Assembly (NCBI GenBank): GCA_039545335.1
Contig: BCIN01000005.1
Location: 248,001 to 312,000, forward strand
DNA length: 64,000 nt
DNA from: Kondoa subrosea
Taxonomy: Eukaryota
Reading direction: 5' to 3'
This document shows, piece by piece, positions 29,503 through 40,131 of this stretch. The translations under genes and the position numbers were made by a program. The number at the start of each line of letters is the position of its first letter. The stretch's first letter is position 1. The notes below the pieces were generated by a model. It was given only the letters and a program-made list of their open reading frames with translations, searched no databases and was not told the DNA's origin.

Positions 29503-31339
29503 TTAATAAGGTTGATCTTCGGGTCGAAGAGTGACCATTGTTTGACGATCGAAAGCAGTTCCTTTCCCAAATTGAGTACGCCAATCACTGCTTGACATTG
29601 AAACTGGTCTTTCGCCATTGTATTCAGAAGCAGGTGCAGAGCGTGAAGGTGTATGAGGAGAATGCTGATTCGGACCTTCGGTAGTATATCTTTGCGTTTG
29701 TCCCCATGCCGCTGGTTCGTCATACATTGATTTCTCATATTGCGTCGGTGCGTTATCCATTGCTTCCATTCGAGTCGAACGCGCGTCGAAATAAGTAGGG
29801 GAGCCTTGAGTATAAGTAGGCGATTTCGATCCCGAGTTATGTGTCTGTCCGCCTTGCTTTGTGTATAATGTGGTGAAGGTAGCTTCTGAAGGTGTTCGAT
29901 TTTGACCCTGTGAAAGATAAGATGTTCGAGTGCCGTCGTAGTGAGGTGAACTACGAGAGACTCTCAGCACAGTATTAGTAGAGCTGTCCATCAAAACTCA
30001 CCGTTGAGCAGGATATACACCTGTATAAGGACTCTTGAGCGCTTCTTCACTACCAGACATGAATGAAGGAGTGTGATTGTAATGCGGCGAGTCCATCTTG
30101 TCCGAATAGCGAAAGGGTACAATTGAAGCATGCGATGTAGTTCGGCCTTGTGAATGAAAGCAACATAGCCAGACAAAGAACACAACAACCAACATTGCGG
30201 CCTGTATTTTCTCTTTCAAAATTGAACATGAGGTGTCAGATAGGGCTTACAGCTGCTCCACCACCAATTCCAGCTATCAGACCAATGTTAGGTCCGTTCG
30301 AAGATTTCGCATTTTGGCCATCTTTTTCTGAAGCAGCTTGCGAAGCTGATGATTCATCTGGAGTACTCGAGCTCGAAGACGTGAGATCGTTGCCGATTGA
30401 TTCGCTGAGTGATAATGCAGACATAGAAGAAGAGGCCGATGAAGCTACACTGCCAGAAGATGTAGATGATTGACTAATGGCGCGAGCAATGGAAGCAGCT
30501 GAAGATTGAGAAGAAAGGATTGCAGCTGGGCGACTGCATATAATTTCAGCGTGAGATCAAGCTTAACATCAGTGAAATCGTACCTATCCGTTTCTGGGTC
30601 ACCTGGAAGCTTACTTGCTGTGGTCGGTTTTGCTGCTGCAGTAGGTGATCGAGCTGGGGAACTAGTAGAATTCGTAGTAGCATCCTGAGCAGGAGGCGGC
30701 GGCGGCGGAGAACTAGAAGTAGTTACTAGAGAAGGGGTTTTGCTCGGAGTATCGGGAGGTGGACTGTGGAATCGCTAAGCATATACAAATCTGCTATGAG
30801 ATAAATTGCTCACGGTTGAGTTGGGGAAGGTGCCGCTGCTGCTTTGACACCCGGATAATACTGTGCTACCGCCGCTTGATCTATACCAGAATTCTTGAAC
30901 AGGCACGAACTATCTTCGCTAGCTTGTATTGTTCTATCGTAGCCTGTCGTTTGTAAGCCAACGCCATCTTCTATTGTGAAATAGCTATATATCCAATTAG
31001 CTGGGATGAGAGCAGTTCAGTAAGGACTTGCATGTCGGCTGCTATCACATCAGTCCAAAGTCATGTCACAAATATGAGAGACAGCTTACCTCCAGCTGGA
31101 AAGTCTACAGTCCATTTGAATGCAGTCTTGTCATCTGCTCTTTTGACTGGCCAAGTTTCGAGAAGAGCTCCGCTAGAGCTTTCAAAGACTTTAACCGTAT
31201 ATGGTCCTGGGTTATCTGCGCCGAAAGGAAGGTCTTGAGTGACGCATTGAGAGGTTGGATCATTTATATATAGCCATAGATCCGCAGAAACGAAGTGGAT
31301 AGAGCCTAGAAGCGTGATAGTAAGACAATTCAGACGCAT
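29503..31339 (-). CDS. Type I membrane protein, Mid2/Wsc-like architecture (signal peptide, Ser/Thr-rich ectodomain, single TM, Tyr/Ser-rich tail)
   Basis: MRLNCLTITLLGSIHFVSA signal-like start, long S/T/P-rich exons, NIGLIAGIGGGAA...MLVVVFFVWLCC TM segment, cytoplasmic ORF 29503..29994. Confidence 0.75.
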
Positions 31340-31699
31340 AGTACTTTGGCTTCAGCGTAACATGGACGAGCAAGAACGAGCAGAATTCGTTTGATATACG
31401 AGAGCGAGGCTTCGAATCTCAAACGAGAAGTCATCCGGTAAGTAAGCTGATTGACGAGATTCCTTTGTTTGATATGGAAGAGACATTCTTCGCCTCTGAA
31501 ATGGATGAAGTGAATGGCAGACACTGCATTTAGGAGTTAAGGGATCGGATGCGAAAGCAAGCACAAGATAGCTAAGCCAAGATCAAAGTGATTTTCAGAT
31601 TTGCAAAAGTCCATTTTGGATGCATCTCAGAAACCCTCAGCTGACAATCCAATCTCTCAGTGATTCAAAGCGGGACGGAGCCTGTCATTGCCTGGCTAT

Positions 31700-32500
31700 G
31701 CTATCGATCATGCGAGGAGAAGAGAACAAGCTTGTCGATGCGGATGATAGGTAATCGAGACCTTGTAAAACGAGACACTGTACAGCCGGACCCGAGTGTT
31801 CGAGTCTTGCTAGTCTCCTAGTGATAAAGTGGGTGTTGAAGTCATTGATGCTGTGAATTGAGCCAAGTCAGATTGTTAGGCATAGTGAAATGATCGCTTT
31901 TGCTGATGTTTCGACATGTGAGATAAAGTGTGTCAATCCAGAAAGCTGAACAATAGCACCTGAGTAGTACTGGCACAACTGAAGTCAGCTTCAGATCCGC
32001 GTTCAATGGTCAAGGGCTTACTTGAATTCATTGACTAGACAGAATTGCACTGAATGAAGAATTAAATTGGTGTTGCTTGCCAAGTTGCCGCGTTCCATGA
32101 CCGTGTATCATTGCTAGTGGGTTGTATCTTGCGGTATTCCTTCTTGACTCGCAGTCGTCCAGTCGTCCAGTCGTCCAAAGGGAACAATTAGGAGAACTTC
32201 TAACGAGAAGTCTGTAATCCTATCATTCTTCCGAGAGGCAAGGCTCCAAGACCAGCAATGCGATGCGACCGGCTGCAAAGGCCTCGGAGCCCCAATTTTA
32301 TGCAACCGCTGGGCCTTGCCTCTCGATTTAACAGCTATTTCTGTAGAATACGCAACCTTAGCTTTTGATGTCAGGCAGGCAAGCAATGCAACCGGCTTAC
32401 TCGTTGAACTACTTTTAGAGGATCTGCTTTGAAAGCAAAGGGCTGCTGCTTTCCAGCCAGAGAGCGAGCGAAAGGTCATATAATCTTGTTGGTATAGCAG
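31700..32500 (-). pseudogene. Decayed gene copy A (family shared with 33.3-34.4 kb and 39.3-40.0 kb)
   Basis: Stop-interrupted coding-like sequence with a canonical intron (gtaagc...ctgac..cag near 31980-32021) and ITDFSLEVLLIVPFGRLDDWTT; boundaries approximate. Confidence 0.4.
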
Positions 32501-33314
32501 CACACAGCACATGACACTAGCTGGATATATTCCACGCTCCTCGACTCCTCAAGGTATTGGTTCGCTGACAAGAGGTGAATTGCAAGCTTGTCTCGGTCCA
32601 GCCACAAGCCAGCCAAGCCTCGTCGCTAGACTAGACCGGCTTAGATCGTGCCTCTTCATCCTTTGCGCTTGTTGGACAGTCCTGTAATCTCGCCTTACAT
32701 TCGCATTATCTTGCAATATGTAACATGTCTTTCTTCTGCGCTCAAGATCTTTTGCTCCCTTTCATACGTACTCTTTCCAACTTCTTCACTTGCTTCATTT
32801 CCTTTGGATGAAAGTAAGTTTCTGGCTCATTGTTGATGACCGTGCAAGCCTAATTTGTTTGGCTATGATAACAGTTTACTTGAACAAGCAGCCAGAGAGT
32901 GACAGGAGTGCGTAAGCTGAGGGATGCGGGTGCAGCCTCCGTCACAACCGTAACAGCTCTCTGGTCTGCTTGTTCGAGTCGCCTATTCACGAAGAAGGAG
33001 ACTGGAAAATTACCAGATCTCCGAGAAGAAATCGGCTTGGTCGCTCAAACAAAGCGTTTGGTCTTGACTGTAGCGATTCAGGATGCGTTCCTTGCAGGTT
33101 GCGGCAGCGGGTGCACTCGCATCCTGGTCGTTACAGTCAATATCAACGTTTAGCATCCAGAGATTGTGAGGCCTTGCATGCTACAAGCGCATTCCTTTCT
33201 CGAGAAGAGAAGCTTTCCTTTCTTTGTGGTATGTTTCATGGTAAGCATTATTCCAACTTTTACTATAGTTTCAAGCTGATTAAAGTCTTGCGTATACAGA
33301 CTGCCCTCCTATAG

Positions 33315-34400
33315 ATCTCCTCTGAAGCAGGTGGATCACAGCTCAACGAACGATCGAGCATTCCCCTTCATGAAGCTTGCAAGAGAAAGATTCTGTGTAT
33401 TTCACTCCACAGCTCGATGCTTGCTCGGCAATAGGAATCTCGGGACCCAAAATACCATTAACACTACAATCTCCTTCAGTCGAGGGTCGCGAAGCAGATC
33501 TCTACTGACTTTTAATCTTCATCTCGTTTGCTTTGGTGTCCTGCCCATCTGCTGCTGGAGGTCGGATTCTACCTGATGGACGTAAGTCATCTCGCGAATC
33601 CGCTTTGATCGAGACTCATTACTCGACGAATAGTCACTCCTGCACAGGTCCATCAGAATTCTCGTATGCACTTTTCTGCGGAACTCCTATCTTTTTGGTC
33701 CTGTCCAGTCACTCCTTGCCAGTGTCGATGTCACTATTTTATTCAGAAAGAGACCGGTCAAAGCAAGAATAAAACAACGCTGAGCGAATTTTGGACTTTC
33801 AACTCTGCCTCATGTCCTGCTCCACCAAATTCGTTCAGACGAAACCCGCTTCAGGTTCTCACAGATCATCATGTGCAAGATCTGGCTCTTCCCTTTCATT
33901 CTACTTTCGGTAAGTCATCTATCTTTAATGCTTTGGCTTCGGCTGATATAAGGCTCTGTGATGTACAGGTAGAGGCAGGTCAGCTAGTTGATGAGCAGAA
34001 GACGTTTCAGGGTACTGGACGTCTCACTCATTTGCTAGTTGGTCTGTCTCGCGTTTGGGGGATCGAAACAGACTTGGTAGGCGCCAAGTTCTGCTCCATT
34101 CGATTCGATTAGCTGGACGACTGGACGACAATGCCTCGGTTACCTGAACATTCATGTAGTGCTTGATAAGACGAAGGACTTGCCGCAGTTAACTCTGCAG
34201 AGCGGTGCTTGTGTATACTTCCGCTTCATTCGAATGTTTGGTCGGCATTCACGGATGACGAGACTAGAGTGCCATTAGTTCTCCATCCCTCGCCTGGGAT
34301 CAAGGCTGGAATTTGGTGCGGCAAGATTTCAATCAAGCTGTTCTGTACATCTTGCCGTTGTTTTGTTGTTTTGATACTTCTCTGAGCTCATAGGTCGTTG
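33315..34400 (+). pseudogene. Decayed gene copy B with F-box-like start
   Basis: AFPFMKLARE at 33358-33387, frameshifts and stops, ETDLVGAKFCSIRFD*LDDWTT with in-frame TAG at 34110-34112; boundaries approximate. Confidence 0.45.
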
Positions 34401-34722
34401 TCCGGGTAACGTCTTTATATAATTTGCAATTCTCTCTCTTTCCTCCAGGAGAAGCGAAGGATTAGTTTACGGAAACATTGCTGTCTTCTCATCTGTACAA
34501 GTGATGTCTGCTCATGTTAATGTACTTTGGCAAAAGTGACTGCTGTACTGAGAAGTAAACACTGGCACAAACTACTATACTTCATGTGTTCTCCTAATCC
34601 TCAAGCTCAATTATCCTTTTCCGCTCCCTTCTGAAATTCGCGTGTGTGATTTCGAAGATGTCCATCATATTTCTACATGAATGTTCTATTTGCCTTCAAA
34701 GCCCGTTCGATCTCGTCTGACT

Positions 34723-35941
34723 TCAGTACGCGTTTTCCGCTTCTTCTCGAAACGTTTTACAGCTAGCTTGTTCAATTTCCTCATCATAAAGCGTTTGACC
34801 GTTGAAATATAGGTAGCTATATTGCGGTAGAGTTGCTTTGGCTTGTTCCGATTCTATGCAAGGAGGATTTGCTTCTTGACTTTCCCATTCTGCTCCCGGC
34901 AAATCATACACTTTCCCAACTTCGCTTGCTCGAGATAAGTACCGATCGCAGAAGTGAAGGTGAGAAGATAAGCTCAGACAAATCGAGCTTGGGTGTCCGA
35001 AACGAAAGTGCAGGAAGAGCAACACTGATGTGAATGAGTTGAGCAATAGTAGAGCATTGATGCTTGAAGGTTGAAAAGCAGTTGACTGCATCAGATAGAT
35101 AGGTTGACTTGATGCGACTAACTGATTCCCCAGTTTAGGCCTTCTGCAAGGAATATGAGACGATAAACACCATTGTCAGCAGCGGTAAGAGCGAAGCTTT
35201 CGAGAGACGACCGATGCTTGACTAGATCCTTCCTTTTCTCCTTTTGATAAGTTGCTGATCTTGACTCAGCTGAAGCAGACACAAGGAGACAAGGAATAGA
35301 GTATGTATGTAGAAGAGCATTTACATAGAATGTAGTACAGATGTATCCCAAAATGCCATAGTTAAATTGAGCCGAAAGTAACCAGAGGAGAAAAGATGAT
35401 GTAGCATTGAATGGCGCCAAGAAGCTTGGATCCACCACCTGTATTCCATGTTAGATAAAAAGGAGAAGCGAAAAACTCACTTCCATGAACCAGGACGAAT
35501 CAATCGAGGAAAAGCGAGAACTGAATCCAACCCCACAGTCTCACAAACCCTCGATCGAAAACTTGCAGCTTGCAGAAGAGGTATGTAATAAGAAAGGTGG
35601 GTAGTGAGAGTGTTAGCGCTTCCGGTCTGTGCACATGTGTCACAGACCTAGGCGGAGACCACAGCACTAAACGTTGAGAAAAGAAGAAAGGACTATACGC
35701 TGCGGTTTTGTTCACTGTTTACGTTTCGACATTGTCCGGTCAAGAGTTGCTGTGTGGGACGAGGTATAAGATGGCTTAATGTACTTGTCAGTCTCGAAAG
35801 CAATGATAGCAATGATAAATGCAATGATAGGAGATAGCAGTACTTAGTAGTATAGTTACTCAAAGAATGAACCAACGCAATACATTTAGCAGAACAGAAA
35901 AGCAACAAAAGGGGAAGTGCATCTTTCGAGAGAAGAATCAC
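34723..35941 (-). CDS. Hypothetical multi-pass membrane protein; possible remote ERD2/KDEL-receptor-like; splicing unresolved, may be degenerate
   Basis: Four consecutive hydrophobic ORF segments on the minus strand separated by GT-AG-like gaps; I could not build a clean frame across 35500-35730. Confidence 0.45.
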
Positions 35942-36078
35942 CTACGATAGAGATAGACGTCTAGAGAAGAGACTGAAAGCAAGCAGAAGCCTCAATGATC
36001 AGATCTGGAAAGAAAGTAACATTCCGCTCGGTGTAAGGCAAAGCAAAGCAAGGCGAAGAGTAGAGCTTCCGGCTTGAG

Positions 36079-36117
36079 TAATGTACGAATCGTAGAATAA
36101 TGTACGAATCGTAGAAT
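36079..36117. repeat. Perfect 19-bp tandem duplication TAATGTACGAATCGTAGAA x2
   Basis: Read directly: 36079-36097 equals 36098-36116. Confidence 0.9.
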
Positions 36118-36953
36118 TGACAATGTGAGAGCGATCACAGCGAGCTGACAGAGCTTTGCAGGCAATGGCTGAGGCAAGACAAGCGAATTCTGCAGATTTC
36201 CAAGTCTTTCGGGAACAGCGAAGAGAACTGATACCTTGGACGCTGAGGAAGGCTGGCTGATATCCAAGACTGCTCTTGATTGGTGTATACCTGAGCCTGT
36301 GATTCCCTTAGCCTGTCTTGGAGCTTGAATTGTTCAATATCAGCCTGTTGTGACTTCGCGAGCAAATGAAGGACTAGAGAATGCCTTTGGCAACTTTATC
36401 CTGCTAGTGGTCGATGGCTCTCAAATCGATGCTCAGATCCAGTGTCCAGCGATAAGTCAGGCAATCAAACGTTGTACCTTCATTCCTCCAGGCACTCGTC
36501 AGTAGTGTTCCCAAATCTTTCCCAGTGTCTGTACTAATGATCTTCAAGTATGCCGGCCCACAGCATGCAGCGGCAGTGCTGCTCATGTCCTTGTGCCATT
36601 CAGAGTTAGTTTCAGATCGATGCGGGCGGTCTAGAAACTGATTGGTTATGCACAGGTCTAGCATATGTGAGCTTGCTTATTCTGTTGTGCTACGTGTAAT
36701 ACTAACTTTGGCCTGCTAGTCTGCTATAGGTTCTACATGCTGGACTTGTATGCACCGCGGAGGTTGTTCAATTTATATTGTTGCTAGTAAGCGTTGTCAT
36801 GGTTTTGCGCAGACTCGAACATCTGATATTGAAAGCAGTAATGTTGCCTTCTATTTTATCCATTCTGCGCATGGAAGATACAATAACAATGACAATGCTA
36901 AAGCGAAGTGTAAATAAGGCGAAAATAGGAAGTTGATAAATCAGCCATAAAAC

Positions 36954-38495
36954 CTAAAGGAGCTCCCTGAACCACGAATGCATAGCCACCAGAGCTTGTC
37001 GAACCGCTTCAGTCTGATCTTGACCCCACGTTAGCATACGCATCAATGTGAATTCGACCTTGAATGCGTATCGAGGGAACAAAGAGTGGTCGAATTCAAG
37101 GGCATATTTGAGTACCCAACCTCCTTTAAAGTCTGAGTTGCCACTTCAGCTAATAGTAATATGGTTCACATGAGCAAAGCTTACCTTTTTTTTCCATAAA
37201 CTTCATCATCTGATCCAAAAGCCATTCCCAAATTTCCTCTCGCATTTCAAAAGCGACAAAGGCTGCACTATGACCAATCAAACGATGACGAAACCAGAGA
37301 AGAAGCGCCGGTTCTTCGGCATTGACATGACTGGAAAACATTACAATATTCAGCATTGATCAGACTCGAATAACCGAGGACTTACTCGCACAAATAAGCA
37401 ATTAAGATGTAGCTGTGCAAATCCAGCGCTTTGAATGCTGCGACATTCTCGAAACCATTATCCAGCAACTCTTTCCTGCAACTGTCCGATCTCTTCCTGT
37501 AACACCCAATACAGTTCCTGACGCAGACGCTTGAGTAGCTCGGATCATTACAGTAGCGCTTTCCATCAGAACAAACAAGTCGGGACAAGTTGTAGATGAG
37601 AAGTAGGAAGACAAGGCCGGTGATGGACCATACCACGTCGAAAGATTTGTAGAGAGCTTCTTGCTTCGAATTGTTGACTTCATTAACATGATTTATCACC
37701 TTGCGGGCGAAAGCGTCTTCTGCGTCTTCGAGACTTTCTTTCAAATTCTCCATTTTGATTTCCAAGCCAGTTCGCGCCTTGCTAGGGCTTTGTGATTTTC
37801 TGGCTTGTCTTCTATTGGCACGAGGAGAGTATAAAGGAGGAATGCTAGGCGTTGCTGAGCGATAGTGAGCGTCGAGAGAGGAAGAAGAAGAATGATCGCG
37901 AGACTGCGAAATAGCCTTTCGAGGTGTCGATGACCTTCCTAATGGCACCATGGGAATCGCAAAGCCGTCCGCGTCTCTAGCATTTGAATTTTGTTCAACT
38001 TCTGAGCCTTCGGTGTCTGACCAGGCGGAACTGGAAGAAGATGAAGAAGAGGAGGAAGAAACAGCAGGAGTGCGGAAAGAACCTGTAATGATAGAGTCAG
38101 GGTGAGGCTGCTGAGTCTGGGAATTAGAGATCCAGAAGGGATTTGATGAGTCTTGTTGATTCGGAAAGGGTCGTGCACTTGCTGTTCTATTGAGCTGAGG
38201 GCCCTAAGATGCACGTATAAGCATGTCCAAGAGACAAAGGAAGTATACCGACCCTGTTGCTTGTTTGTTGCACCCTGGACACATGAGAAAACTTCTGCTT
38301 CTGGAAGCCCCTAAAAGGAGGAGACGCAGAAGCTGGACCAGTAGGGACGTTGGTGTAGTCGTACGATTGTTGTACATTGTTAGGACTGACTGAAGAGCCA
38401 GATATGCGTCCAGCAAGCGCATTTTCGGGCGAAACAGACGAGCGCTGTCTTTTCGCGCGATTCTGGAATCGAGGAGAAGAGTTGTTCTGGGACAT
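36954..38495 (-). CDS. Orphan hypothetical protein (Ser-rich disordered N-terminus, Cys-containing helical C-terminal domain)
   Basis: MSQNNSSPRF... joined through GT-AG introns to the 37382..37951 and 37150..37356 ORFs; the last exon (AVRQALVAMHSWFRELL*) is tentative. Confidence 0.65.
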
Positions 38496-39256
38496 GCAGA
38501 GAGAGGCAAGACAGAGACGCAGACAGTAGAAGCCAATGAGAGATGAAGATCGCAGGCCGATAGAACGCGACAGAGAGGGGAAGAAGTACAAAAAAAGAAA
38601 ATAGAACTTTGAGTCGGAATCTTGACAGAACTCTACCAAGGTCATGAACATCCTAGTAGCTCGTCTGCTCAATCTATACCCAAAAGCCTACGCTGCCCTA
38701 TATGAAACTGAACAATGACGATACCAGAATCAGCTTTCTGTCGAGTTTCTCGATTCCTTGCGACACACCTTTGCAGCTACGACCTGAGTTGCTATATCAT
38801 GTCCTGTGCAGCCTCTCATGCTCGCGTCTCCAGTTCCTTTAGTTGCTACTAGATTCGAAGACGGGCTATTCTTATTGAACCAGACCTAACGTAAATGCAG
38901 ACTTTTGCTTGCTTGTCTTCTTTGTCGAAGCAGAATGATGCCTCACAGCAAGGCCCCTGAAGAGTCAGATATCCGCTCGCGCTTTGTATCGTAGCGGTTC
39001 TTTTTTTCAGATTGTGCCTTGCTGCCTCAATATGATGCGGACAAGACTCAAGCCATTTCTTGGACGCCAGTCGAGGCCAAAATAGTACAACAGCCACCGC
39101 ATTGCAGGTCGACTTAGAAGAAGAAAAAATGATTCTTTCTTGCTCTCGAACAATGACACCAAAGACCAATTCGAATGAAACGATCTATCTCATATAAAAC
39201 ACAGCGCGGATACCCTTGATCTCAATTTGTCTTCCTTCATGGCTGAACCATAGTCC

Positions 39257-40035
39257 ATGAGCTTTTGGCGATGTCCGGGTAAATTGTTTCCATTTATGGT
39301 AATTCAGCATTAGACTCATTCACTCTACGTCCTCATAGTCAACCCTGGCAGCTAGCTGAGGAGATGGAAAGTTGGATAGAAAGGCAAAGCAATTGATGGG
39401 TGGTATCGATTGCATGCCCATCCATCTTCTCAGCTAGCTGCTGGTTCTCGGGATCAAAGAGACTGAGAGGGCATCAGTTCTCTTCCCACCTTGGGTGGAC
39501 GACATGGACGACAAATGCTATATTGATCGAGCAAGAAGAACTGGTATGGTCCTCAAGGATATAGGAAACGGTCTTGACGCTTGCGTCCCCGAGTACTACA
39601 TCTTGTTGCCTTGTCCATCGCAAGCTCGATCCAGCATCGAGGGAATCTCGAGACTTCCATTGCCCCAAGTTCTCCATTCCTTTCAAGGGAAGAGTTGAGG
39701 CAGGTGATAGGAGTAATCAAAAGAGCTGAGTTCTCATTGGCAATTTGTTTTGCGGCACGATGAGCCCGTGATCTTGACAGATTTTCAGTCTTAGAAATCC
39801 ACAGTCCATTGTTCAAGCTGTCATACTTGAATGACTTTACCCAGTGCACTTCGACTTCGTCGCTCCATCCTGGTCGAATGTCAATGTGCAAACACAGCAA
39901 CTTGATATAAGTCTTGATTGTGGAGTTGGGAAATACCATTTCTGGTTCGATTCCAAGTCTGTGAGATTGTCTGCAGCAAAGTCTTGGTCAAATGCTTTTC
40001 CGGAGTGCAGAGTGAAAGATTCTCGCGTTGCTTAG
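39257..40035 (+). pseudogene. Decayed gene copy C with F-box-like start
   Basis: GKLFPFM|LAEEMESWI across a putative intron (39299-39351), then a stop; DNA blocks colinear with copy B (tggacgacatggacgac 39496-39512; cgagact...agttctccattcc 39649-39680). Confidence 0.4.
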
Positions 40036-40131
40036 TCACGGCCCTTGATCCGTTATTGTCATGATCACTCGAACTAATTCATATTGTTTCTGATACCTGA
40101 ACTAGCTACTTCATGCAATGACAATCTTTCG

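Noticed and set aside
31785..31815. GTTCGAGTC resembling a tRNA T-loop/B-box (also at ~32972)
   Set aside because: No T-stem pairing or cloverleaf in the flanks.
34110..34112. In-frame TAG within a conserved-looking motif as stop-codon reassignment or readthrough
   Set aside because: The conserved genes I spliced translate cleanly with the standard code and end in TAG, TAA or TGA; this locus also has frameshifts, consistent with decay.
32153..34130. GTCGTCCAGTCGTCCAG ... CTGGACGACTGGACGAC as transposon terminal inverted repeats
   Set aside because: No target-site duplication or transposase motif. The match lies inside longer colinear coding-like homology and recurs at 39.5 kb, so paralogous relics explain it better.
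34700..38500. Mating-type locus (STE3 receptor, homeodomain genes or pheromone precursor) in the orphan-rich region
   Set aside because: I recognised no STE3 motifs, no WFxNxR homeodomain helix and no repeated CAAX-ending pheromone ORF.
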